Below are positions 33,391 to 43,875 of a DNA stretch of 64,000 bases, one piece after another. This DNA comes from Mytilus trossulus (taxonomy: Eukaryota): positions 45,136,001 through 45,200,000 of the forward strand of contig NC_086383.1 of NCBI RefSeq assembly GCF_036588685.1, written 5' to 3'. Position 1 is the stretch's first letter. Each line of letters opens with the position of its first letter. A program made the position numbers and the translations under genes. Under the pieces are notes generated by a model. It had not been told where the DNA came from. It ran no database searches and worked only from the letters and a program-made list of their open reading frames with translations.

Positions 33391-34319
33391 TGAGTCACTC
33401 ATTTTCCTGTCATCACTTGTTTCCAGTAACTCCGGCTTCAGTACTGGCTTTACAGTTCGAATTTTTTTTCGAGTTTTTTTTTAAATACCAGTTTCAATTA
33501 CAGGGCTCCATTCATTCGGGATGAATGTATAAGTGCGTAGCCACGTTCAAATATTTTACCTCATTAGATATAAAACTTATTTTTCTAATCATTATTAAAC
33601 TGCTATTCGTTAAGGAGGCTTAAATATGTAGTTTCTGTTGCAATTGCCCTACCGTTGTCAAATTTGAAATATTATACCAACTTGGATCGGTTAGGACATT
33701 TTTTTATTTTTTTGTTTGAGGACTGCCCTCCATGCAGTTATAACATCTAAACTGTCACAACCTTTGGAAATTTAGAGTAGTGCAAGTTCACATCACAAAT
33801 AACTTTGCATTTGGCATATCTTTGTAATCTTTGCGCCGTGTTTGGAAATTTTAAAATAGTACCAGCGTCTGTGGTGTTGGTTTAAATTGTATAAATAGAA
33901 CGCGGCACTGACAGTTCATCTCATATTTTTTCTCCGAAAAGAAAATAAAAGTAATTGTAATTTCGAATCAAATTTTCCAATGTTATTCGTAAAGGTGGGA
34001 AGACTTAAGATTGGTTTCCTGTACCTTGTCTTAATGTTTGAATTATTGTTGTGTACTGATTGGTCGCTGCGTCCAGTGGATAATATTTTACTCATCTACC
34101 AGCCAGTCGAATCCAATCTAAACATCAAGATCTTAAACAATTCCAAACAATTCATCGTCACAAACAATGGCCTTGCTGTCGGAAAGTCAAGCTGTCCTTT
34201 ACCTTCACCCTGAAATAACTATTGAGTCCCAAATATCCGGTCCATTTTAATTTTTACTGCTTTAATAAATGATATTTCTCGAAAACTAGTTTTGCATTGT
34301 TGATAGAAATGTCCAGTTA

Positions 34320-34341
34320 TGACGTATGCATTCAATGACGT
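34320..34341 (+). promoter_or_regulatory. Two CRE/ATF-like TGACGT sites just upstream of the ankyrin gene
   Basis: TGACGT at 34320 and 34336, 40-60 bp before the ATG. Confidence 0.3.
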
Positions 34342-34379
34342 TCACGGAGTTGTTTTCCATTACTATCTGAGCAGAGAAG

Positions 34380-35678
34380 ATGGGCTGCGTTCATTCAAAA
34401 ACACCTAACGTAGATAATCCATATCTGTGGAACGGAAACCAGACATCAGATCACAACAATCTGTGGAGAACACTGCATGATTATATTGTACAGAACGATA
34501 CCAAATCATGTCTCAAACTAATAAACAGCCAGAGACTAGATTTGAATATCATCCATACAGATTGTTCCAGCTTCGAAGATGAATCAGAAGAGTATATCTC
34601 AAGGACTCTTACGTTCTCTCCATTACATCTAGCCTGCCTACTGAGGAGAGCAAAGTTAGTGGAAATGTTCTGTAAATATGGCTCAGACGTCAATATCAGA
34701 GACAAATTTGGAAGAACTGCAATTAATATCTGTATACAGTATTGGCCTAGAACACATCCAGGCGAAATAAATGCAGAAGATGGCGTTGCTCTCCATTTTA
34801 GAAATACAATGAAAGCTTTGCGTGATTGTTCAGAAAAAAGTCTCCGGGTTTTGCTTCGTTATGGCGCAGATCCACGTGAGGAAATAGACATTTTTGGAAA
34901 CACTCTTTTACATTTTTGTGCCAAGAAAGGATTGCAGGAACCATTTTTAATTTTAAGAGAAGCAGGATCAAGTATAGAATATCGCAACACATATGGAATG
35001 ACGCCACTTCTTTTTGGTGCAACATTTGGTCCAGAACTAATGACAGACTATATGATTAGCTTAGGATCCAATAAAAAGTCTAGAGACACATTTAATAACG
35101 GACTTATTCATTGTCTTGTACAGAATCAACAGGTATCTGAAAAGTTTATTGAACCTTTTACTGATGAAATATCACCAGACGACACAAATGCATGTGGGAA
35201 AACTGCACTAATGTTTGCAGCAAAGATTGGTTACGGCTACAAAATTGCAATGCTTCTCAGAAAAGGAGCTGATGCCTCATTAAAGGACGTCAATGGGAAA
35301 TTAGCTTTGTTTTATTTCTTGGATAACAACGAACCGGTTCATTCCCTCATAGGATATCATTCCCTACTAGTGTATACCCCACAAATTTGTGTTTATGACA
35401 ATCTAGGACTTATTGCACTAAAACTAACGCGAGATCATTTGCGACACGTGAGAAAAATCTTGGAAGCAGAATCATTAACACCAACGTCTCTATATCGCTT
35501 ATGTCTCTACAAAATGTATAGCCTGGTTATTCAAAGACAAGGGCCAGAAGAAATAATAAAGACTGTTATATCAAACTGCCCAAACAGACTTATGACAGAT
35601 ATTATAATGTTTAGAAAATTTATGTCACACTACTGGAGTTCTATATGGTCTGGTATTGAGATGGAATGTATTTCATAA
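34380..35678 (+). CDS. Ankyrin-repeat protein with an N-terminal MGCxxS acylation motif and a C-terminal SOCS-box-like segment (ASB-like), 432 aa
   Basis: Ankyrin repeats SPLHLAC, GRTAI, GNTLLHFCA, GMTPLLFGA and GKTALMFAA. The C-terminus reads PTSLYRLC...CPNRL. The ORF is intronless. Confidence 0.88.
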   Translation: MGCVHSKTPNVDNPYLWNGNQTSDHNNLWRTLHDYIVQNDTKSCLKLINSQRLDLNIIHTDCSSFEDESEEYISRTLTFSPLHLACLLRRAKLVEMFCKYGSDVNIRDKFGRTAINICIQYWPRTHPGEINAEDGVALHFRNTMKALRDCSEKSLRVLLRYGADPREEIDIFGNTLLHFCAKKGLQEPFLILREAGSSIEYRNTYGMTPLLFGATFGPELMTDYMISLGSNKKSRDTFNNGLIHCLVQNQQVSEKFIEPFTDEISPDDTNACGKTALMFAAKIGYGYKIAMLLRKGADASLKDVNGKLALFYFLDNNEPVHSLIGYHSLLVYTPQICVYDNLGLIALKLTRDHLRHVRKILEAESLTPTSLYRLCLYKMYSLVIQRQGPEEIIKTVISNCPNRLMTDIIMFRKFMSHYWSSIWSGIEMECIS

Positions 35679-36006
35679 CATAAACGCTTTTTTTCCCCAA
35701 AGGCTTTAAAATGATAAAATTGTAAAACTGAGCGATTTGATATTTCTTCCATCTAATTCTCACCAAATTGAAAGCTCGAGATTTTATTACTGCATGGCAC
35801 TAAATATGCAGTGCTTATAAATAAGGAAGGGAAATAACTCGCATCATCATTATCTTAGACTCAAATACTGCAAATGTTCTCTATTGTGTATATATATAGA
35901 TCAACTTACGGTCTCTAATCGATGTCCGTTCCTCAAAAAACGACATCAAAATTAAATTAAAGACACAAATAAATACAACTCATAAAGTGAACCATACTTT
36001 AAAATT

Positions 36007-37095
36007 TTATTTAGGCAATGTGTGCTCGTAATTACTGTTGTAATCGACTTTAATACCCTCCCATTTAAACCCATCGTCTCTTTGCTTGAACAGAATTGTC
36101 ATCGGAAATAAAAAGTTCAGCGCCCAGAAATCTCCAAATACAGACCGGAAGTTCTGGTTTATACTGTTTTTGCATTTTACTCTCACTCTTTTCGAAAATT
36201 CAAACATTGTAACTCCCTTAATAACTAATGTCAACTGTGATGTGAAATATATGATGCCGAATACGCCGTATAAAAGTTCATTATATAACTGCAATAGAAG
36301 TAAAATGGTGTTGATGTTCAAATCCTCTGCTCCATTACACCACCGGAATATTGCGAGTGGTGGAAAAAAGTTTGTCCATGAGTATGCAGTCGGCCAGTAA
36401 AAGTATTGTAAATATTTTATGGTGGAATAAAAACTAAAACATCCTAGAAGCGAAGCATATAAATTTAGAACGAAAAAATATCTTTGGTTTTTGAATCCAA
36501 TACACGTGCCTACAAAGTAACAATGATGATCGTGTTTCAATATGCACGTTCTGCAAACGTAGCAGTGGTGAGCACGTGGCGGAATATAAAAATCACACTC
36601 GTCACAGTATTTCCATGGCAACCCAGACTCATCTTGTGGACAGTTCATGAGATGTTTGGCATTTCCGTTTGTTAGAGGTTGATTTTCATTGTAAGATTCA
36701 AAGTATTCTGGGGGATTTTCCCATCTTTCTTTCATTTGCACTGTTGGGTTGTCACGTGTTTTTATAATGTTTGTCGAGTAAAATAACGTACAAAAATAGT
36801 TCATTAAAGTTTGCACAACCAGGAACATAAACATTAGTTTTAACCAGTACTGAGTCCATGCATCGTACTCCTCAAAAAGTCTTGGAATAATAAAACACAG
36901 AAACATATACGGTTGTGTCGCTGTCTGGAATGCAATGCTTATGTAGGCGTATCTTGCCATTCGTCCAGCATCTTTTAAGGCAACTTCTCGTCTGTCGCTG
37001 TATTTTTTCCGGAATTTTTCCATGAGTGTCATTTCTTTCCATGATTTTTCTGGTTCCTCTTCTTGTTTGTTGATATTTACTCGAATCGTTGCCAT
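36007..37095 (-). CDS. DHHC palmitoyltransferase (ZDHHC22/24-like), paralogue B, 362 aa
   Basis: CDECDFYIPPRAHHCYVCRTCILKHDHHCYFVGTCIG. The start MATIRVNI at 37095 is chosen by paralogue alignment, with a tacag acceptor 10 nt upstream. Putative 5' exon donor aag|gtaagt at 38712. Confidence 0.95.
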   Translation of the reverse strand: MATIRVNINKQEEEPEKSWKEMTLMEKFRKKYSDRREVALKDAGRMARYAYISIAFQTATQPYMFLCFIIPRLFEEYDAWTQYWLKLMFMFLVVQTLMNYFCTLFYSTNIIKTRDNPTVQMKERWENPPEYFESYNENQPLTNGNAKHLMNCPQDESGLPWKYCDECDFYIPPRAHHCYVCRTCILKHDHHCYFVGTCIGFKNQRYFFVLNLYASLLGCFSFYSTIKYLQYFYWPTAYSWTNFFPPLAIFRWCNGAEDLNINTILLLLQLYNELLYGVFGIIYFTSQLTLVIKGVTMFEFSKRVRVKCKNSINQNFRSVFGDFWALNFLFPMTILFKQRDDGFKWEGIKVDYNSNYEHTLPK

Positions 37096-37440
37096 TATAG
37101 GTAATCTGTAGTAGAAGAAACAAAGGTCTATATAATAAATCAAGTGTCATGATGTTTTAAGCTCATTCTAAACGACTTATTCTTTGTTAGTCTCCTATCA
37201 TATATAACTACCTTTGTCATTAAACGTTCCGCTTGTGAGATAGTGTAAAATTCGAATGCATTGGGCCAAACTTTAACTGGTTGAAATGACCCTTTTCATA
37301 TCGACAAGCAACTCTGTACACGAAACAGTTTTACGACGATCGAACGACATGTATACAGATACTTTAATATAACTAGATCGTCGTTGCATTGCCATCGCGC
37401 ACATTATATAAGCTTTGGATTTCAAATATTTTGGCCACGA

Positions 37441-37484
37441 GCATCACTGAAGAGACAAGTATTGTCGAAATGCGCATCTGGTGC
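37441..37484 (+). ncRNA. Minimal type I hammerhead ribozyme (family 2, solo copy; element ~37407-37515)
   Basis: gcatca-CTGAAGA-gacaa(gta)ttgtc-GAAA-t(gcgc)a-TC^-tggtgc. Stems I-III pair. Predicted cleavage after C37478. Confidence 0.88.
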
Positions 37485-38114
37485 AAAATAAATTGGTACC
37501 GTTAATTTTATTACTACTATATTTGCGCATAAAAATAATGTGTGTCGAGAAATTGTTCAATAGAGAAACATACGTTCATTCCAAAATGCTGTAAAACATG
37601 GTAGCTTGTACTTGTAATAAGTTGTATACAATAACGTCAAAATAAGATTGTTAGTATAAATAATGGCTTTGCTGACTGTGGACCCTTTATACCTAGATCA
37701 GCAGGACAGAATTGTTAATATATCTGAGTTATCGTTGCATTGGTGGATCCTGGAATATCAAAATGTGGGTAAAGTAGGGGTGTATCCAAGAAGAACTTTT
37801 GCATATAAAAAGACAGCTTTAACAAAAGATTAGCACTGAAGAACGAGTAAGCGAATTTTACAAGTCACTGTTATTTGACAGTTTTTAAATATGGATATCA
37901 TGAATTTATGAAAGAAATTGTGTCTGTTCGTTACGTCCGGACGCAAACCCTTCCTGAAACCGCCACTGACCGTATAGTCGAATATAAAAGGTCCCGTCAT
38001 ATGAAACAATTCAATAGAGGAAGGTTACGGCCTAATTTACAACAAACAATTTACGAATATGACAGACGTGAACCAACGACAACTACTTAACAGCCTCCTG
38101 ACTTAGGAAATGTT

Positions 38115-38257
38115 CAGTGGCGGATCCAAGAGGGGTCCCAGGGGTTGGAACCCCCCCTTGTTGGACGATCAATGCATTTGACTGGGGACATGAAGTTGGA
38201 ATCAATCCCTTTTGTCCTGGACTAGGAACCCCCTTTGAAAATGGCTGGATCCCCCTG
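38115..38257 (+). mobile_element. MITE with CAGTGGCGGATCC-type terminal inverted repeats
   Basis: cagtggcggatcca...tggatccccctg. Confidence 0.7.
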
Positions 38258-39991
38258 AGGTTCATAAATAGTCTGGCGGGGTTAAACCTGTTTCAGATTG
38301 CCCGACCCACGCCCTAATCGGAGACAGTGGTATAAAACAACAAACAAAGAAAAAGAAAATACAAAGAAAAACACCAAGCAAAGTTAAACACTGCAGGAGG
38401 GGGCAGGGTATCATATCCTTTCAACAAAAGGACAGGTTATCCGGCTGATTTTATATTGCACAGATTCCTGATAGCGTACCCGGTATGTTTATTTTGCAAT
38501 ATCATAGTAATATTCAATGAAAAATGAGTGGGATTCGAAACATAAAGGGGAACCAGCTACCTAAAATTGCACAGAAACACGAAGGAGATTCAAGTGATAC
38601 ATTGTCGAGTAATAACCCCTTAATTGTCGGCCGGATAATTCGGTTATAATGTGTATTTTGTGGTATAACAAGTTAACTCTATGTGCTATTAATTTAAATT
38701 GATCAAACTTACCTTGAGTGGAATAACTGTTGTGAATTCAATTCAAAAGATACATAAATCTATATTTTCCTATAGAATTTTTAAAATTTCACTGCTAGCA
38801 TGTATCAACGTATTTAAAACATTAAATAGCACCAGATTTTCACCGGTAATAAATATTACCTGTCAAAGTAATTGACCAATGGTCAACAATGGCATAATTA
38901 ATTGACCGATATAACTCGATTCTGTTTAATTATTGACGACCAACTTGTTATGACAAATACATAAGCTTACACATTTTTAAAAAAAAAACTTGTGCATGCT
39001 TGATTGGTCATGAAAAGTTTAGAGTTATTCACTCAGGATTTGATTTTGTATAGCATTGAATTGATTGACGAAAAAATTACATGTTAAAACTTTGTTCGTT
39101 TTAATAACTTCTCTATGAAAGTTCAATAAAGTTAAAACATGTGACGAACAATAAATATTTATCTTTTACGATGAGAAAGATTACCCAATTTAGCGAGTAT
39201 AATAATTTGACATCGATAAAAATGAAATGTATTTATGCAGGTGTACGTATTCCTTTTTTTTATATTGAAAGCAGCATATAATTATATTTCATTCTTCTAA
39301 ATAGAAGTGGATGCATGACTTCGACTTTTTATGGGCATATGAATTTAACCATCACCAAACTTTATAAGATACTAATGACCATAAACGTACCCCCCTTTTT
39401 TTTTTTATTCCAGAGGCTAAGATATTTAAAAAAATTAAAAAAAAAAAACAAGTTGTCTTTAAGGTTCACTGAGGGACTAATAATCACATTTTATGTTTCA
39501 GGATCACATTATATTTATAATATTGATTTAGTCCAGACAGGTATGCATTGTTTACCTGGTAGTGAAGGAATATAGATATAAATAGAACTGATCACTGAAA
39601 CGTTTTAACAAGTCATGTCCGAGTATTTTAACAGAAAGCTTTCTTTTGAACTGATTTATATGTAAGTATAGACTTAACTTGTTATTGTTACACCCCCTCA
39701 GGACACTGGTCACGCATACTTTAAAAGATCAATATTAAAATCCGATTTATATATAAAGTGTGATACATGGCTTCCTATAAATTACCAGCATGGCGATCTG
39801 ACTATTACACGGGATTCCTTTCACAAGCGCCTAACTTAAGCACGGCCCCCTTTTATTGTGTTCCTTCCGGGACTACTAGACTATCAACATATTTTGTCCC
39901 ATGTTTCTTGTAATCAATATTTTAATGCTTTATTTAATATTATTTCGACTTATTGTTTAGTCGGCGATCTTAATTTAATGTCTATGTAAAT

Positions 39992-40145
39992 CCGGGGCGG
40001 ATCCAGCCATTTAAAAAACAAAAAGGGGGGGGGGTCCCAACCAAGAATTAAAAGGGGATATTCCAACTACATGTCCCCTATAAATGCATTGATCGTCAAG
40101 TAAAAAAGGGGTTCCAACCGCTGGACCCCTTTAGATCCGCCACTG
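39992..40145 (-). mobile_element. MITE of the same family as 38115, in the inverted orientation
   Basis: ggggcggatccagccattt...gatccgccactg. Its reverse complement shares the internal gacgatcaatgcattt and ggggacatg motifs with the 38115 copy. Confidence 0.7.
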
Positions 40146-40694
40146 AACTTTAAGTCACAGTTACACAATGAACAAACAGAGGAGCTTTTTTTCTTTTATA
40201 AAATGTGTGTCGTATTAAAAGGGTTATTTCCGTACAACTGATTGTCTATTTCGCGTGTTTTTCCTATTTGAACTCGTTATTTACCATATTTAAATTAGTG
40301 AGGCCATTTTTATATGTTTACCCCTTGGTAAAAGACTCATATTCATTCCGATTCATCCGTGCTCAGACTCCAACTTTTACAGGATACACTTCGTGACCTT
40401 GTTGAAAAAAAGTTAAGATGCATGCAAGAATTATATACGTGTATGCCATTGAATTTGTATTCATTCATAAACAATATGAAAAGAAGTCACGGTTAGATTC
40501 CAAATAAGAAGATTTTCCACCAGATATCAAATATACGAAAATGCTATCACATAAAGCTCCTCATTCTGTACGGCCTTCAATGAGTAAAACCCATACCAGA
40601 TGACGATTGTCGCTAAAAATCTTAAATCTTCAATATTCTTGACGATCAAATTTTAAATATGTTTATCGTTATTTTCCCTTGCAGACCCTGACAA

Positions 40695-41783
40695 ATGGCG
40701 ACAGTAAGAATAAATATTGACAAACACGAGGAACAATCAGATAAAGCATGGAACGACATGACGCTCATGGAAAAATGGCGCCATCGATACAACGACAAAG
40801 AACGCTCAATTCAATCTGCAAACGCAGCTAAACAATATGCTCGCCTCACATTTGCGTTCCAGTCAACTACACAGCTGTACGTGTTTTTGTGTGTTATCAT
40901 CCCAAGACTTTTTGATGATTTTGATGAATGGACTCGATATTGGTTAAAAGTTTTTACAGTTTTTGTCTGTGTCGAATGGTTTATGAATTATTTTTGTACG
41001 ATATTTTATAGTACGAATATAACAAAGACACGTGACAATCCGACAATTGAAACAAAAGAAAGATGGAATAATCCACCAGAATATTTTGAGTCATTCCTTG
41101 CAGACAGGGCACGTTCAAATGGTCATGCTCCTCAATTTACGAACTGCCCACGCGATGATGGTGGAATTTCATGGAATTACTGCCAGGACTGTGAAATACA
41201 TATACCTCCACGGGCCTATCACTGTAATATATGTAGAACTTGCATTCTAAAACGTGACCACCATTGCTATTTTGTTGGAACTTGTATAGGATTTAGAAAT
41301 CAACGATATTTCTACGTATTATCATTTTATTCAATAATTATAGGAGCAGTTGCATTTTACTTTACATGGATTTATTTAGAAACATTTTATTGGCCAGTAG
41401 CATATTCATGGACGAATTATTTACCGCCGATTGCAGTATATCGTTGGATTCTTGGGTCGGAGGATTTAAATTTCCATATAGTTTTGCTAATAGTTCATCT
41501 ATACATTGAGTTTATTTGTGGACTACTGGGTATAGTTTACTGCACTGCTCAAACCGTTTTGGTGTTCAAAGGAATAACAATGTTCGAATTCGCTAAACAG
41601 GTCAAGGTAAAGTGCAATAATAGTGTAAATCAGAACTTCCGGTCTGTGTTCGGGGACTTCTGGGCTTTGAATTTTATATTTCCAATGACTATTTTATTTA
41701 AACAAAGAGACGATGGATACAAATGGGATGGGGTCAAAATAAATCACAATTCAAAACACAAGAAAAAGGTTTACAACTACTAA
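40695..41783 (+). CDS. DHHC palmitoyltransferase (ZDHHC22/24-like), paralogue C, 362 aa
   Basis: CQDCEIHIPPRAYHCNICRTCILKRDHHCYFVGTCIG. A ttgcag acceptor lies 10 nt before the ATG. Putative 5' exon donor cag|gtatg at 39541. Confidence 0.95.
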   Translation: MATVRINIDKHEEQSDKAWNDMTLMEKWRHRYNDKERSIQSANAAKQYARLTFAFQSTTQLYVFLCVIIPRLFDDFDEWTRYWLKVFTVFVCVEWFMNYFCTIFYSTNITKTRDNPTIETKERWNNPPEYFESFLADRARSNGHAPQFTNCPRDDGGISWNYCQDCEIHIPPRAYHCNICRTCILKRDHHCYFVGTCIGFRNQRYFYVLSFYSIIIGAVAFYFTWIYLETFYWPVAYSWTNYLPPIAVYRWILGSEDLNFHIVLLIVHLYIEFICGLLGIVYCTAQTVLVFKGITMFEFAKQVKVKCNNSVNQNFRSVFGDFWALNFIFPMTILFKQRDDGYKWDGVKINHNSKHKKKVYNY

Positions 41784-43274
41784 ATTAAATGTTATTTGAT
41801 AATACTTGTTTTGAGCTTTATATTTTATCAAACTGGGAAATGCATTCCACCGCTCTCCCCTGTAGCTACGTTGGCTTCCTATTTTTACTTTGAACACAAT
41901 TGTTTCCTGCAGTTTGTGTGGTAGAATGTTCGTGTTTATCCTGTCTTGTGAAGTATTATTTATTTCCAAATCTTGCCAGGTTGTGAAGATAATTATTTCC
42001 AAAATCTCCCGGTTCTTAGAAAATCCAATGGTCGCCCCTTTATATTGCTGTTATTCATTGATTTGGTATTTTTTGTAATTATCTCTTTTGTCCTTGTGGT
42101 GTACTATCCAACAAATCGTTTTTATAACGTTTCAACTTTTAAGCATATTTGAAACTCTTGTAATTAACTCACTGAAAGTTTGTTAGTCCAGTGATCGATA
42201 TTTGAAATTTGGAGATTGGGATTCCCGAAGAACAGGTTGTTCACTGGGGACTACTTGATTGTCTTGTTTATTATCTTCATATATGTTCTATAATAGTTAT
42301 TGACAGATCTTTGATATTGTCTGTTTCAACCTATTCACATCTCGTTTAGTCAGAATATTCTATGGTTTGCCACAATGCACAGGCACCTTTCCATATTTGA
42401 AGACTGTAACTAGGGTTCTCTTTTAGAAAAGAAAGGATACAGGGGTATCCATTCATGAAACAAAAAACAAAACATGCACGCCAAAAATACAAAAAGCAAA
42501 AAGGAAAGCGCTTGTTTTGCGTTTCTTCGTCTCAAAGTCTCAGAGAATCCTTCAGCACGGAGCGAAAATATTCTCACCTCACTGTTATTGGTTTAACATG
42601 CCTCATAAAATGCAGGGCACTGACGATGAAGCGGAAAGTACTTGTATCTTTTTTTTTAAATTTAACTCGGCCAATGATTGCACCAATGACTCCACACACA
42701 CGAATCGGGTACAAAAAACTAAAACCCCCGATTCCAGAGCAATAGATCGTTAATCCTTGAAAAGAGAAATGAAATTGAATCTTCTCTTTGTGGGGTCTAT
42801 TGGTGCTCTCAGCTGCTTCAGTTGAATATGTGGTAATAATTTTGGGGTTCATATTTTTCGGACTTTATTGGACTAGTAATTTTAAAAAAATAAGAATACT
42901 TCCTTTGAATGGAAACTGTTTTGGTTAAAATGTTCAAGTTGCCCTGTTTATCTGTTTTGCTGGATAAGAAATTAAAACACTTTTTTATGGATAGAAAAAA
43001 ACTGTCGTTTAAAGGCAATAAATTCTACAGACTCGATTGATGACTATACACTTTCGGTCATCATTTATATTCGACAAATGCTTGTTCGGCTTTCTTTTAC
43101 TTTAGGGGTTCCAATCAAGATTGAGCTAAACTAATACTAAACATAAAGTTGAACCTAACCCATACCTTATTCTAACGCAATCCCTTTACAGGACACTTAC
43201 ATGACACCTAGAACAAACTTTATTAGATTACCCTTAAGGCTTACCATGCCATTTTTTTTATGTTAAATATAAAA

Positions 43275-43420
43275 AAAAAGAAGAGGTGGTATAAATGCCA
43301 ATGAGACAACTCTCCACAAGAGACCAATGCCACAGACATTAACATCTATAAGTCACCGTACGGCCTTCAACAATGAGCAACGCCCATACCGAATAGTTAT
43401 TAGCTATAGAAGGTCTTGAA
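43275..43420 (+). repeat. Abundant SINE-like interspersed repeat (gccaatgagacaactctcca...ggccttcaacaatgagc). Other copies or fragments at ~10870, 19393, 32610(-), 46165, 51835, 52205(-), 52935(-) and 57775(-)
   Basis: The same motif recurs on both strands across the window. Confidence 0.75.
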
Positions 43421-43875
43421 ATGATTTAACTACAGTCTGAAAAAAATAGAAATAAAAAAACACATCTTTTTATAAAAACGCTAATATAGCATTAATGTTT
43501 TAATAAAAAAAATATATAATGCTTTTATTTAAAAAAGAATTGTCTATGTATCAATGAGTAAAGGCAGTGTCTGGGTAATAACATAATGAATGAAAATTGT
43601 AACTTTTTCCATGGTAGTATATCCAGGCCCTACTGAATACTTGAAGGAATCAAAAGTAAAATGTTTAAACGGATTTAGAATGTGTAAGGACATTGTTCGA
43701 TTGTCATAGGTCTACATTTCTCGCCGAGTTCATACACGAGCAGGCTTGTCTTGCCAGTTTGCATGTAATGAACTGATAAACTTGATCATCGAATTTCCTG
43801 CCATATTTTGTTTGTCTTTGGTAAAGAAGCGTTTGACCGTCAATTAAAATTGCAAACAACGCACAAAATAGGAAT

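Noticed and set aside
37096-37143. N-terminal extensions of track ORFs for zDHHC-B (to 37143) and the GPCR (to 45078)
   Set aside because: They start at non-ATG codons and run through polypyrimidine/acceptor sequence. The paralogues support MAT(I/V)R as the zDHHC start.
41751-43018. Short ORFs between zDHHC-C and the GPCR
   Set aside because: They are fragmentary with no intact domain. They are probably decayed transposon sequence that I cannot classify.
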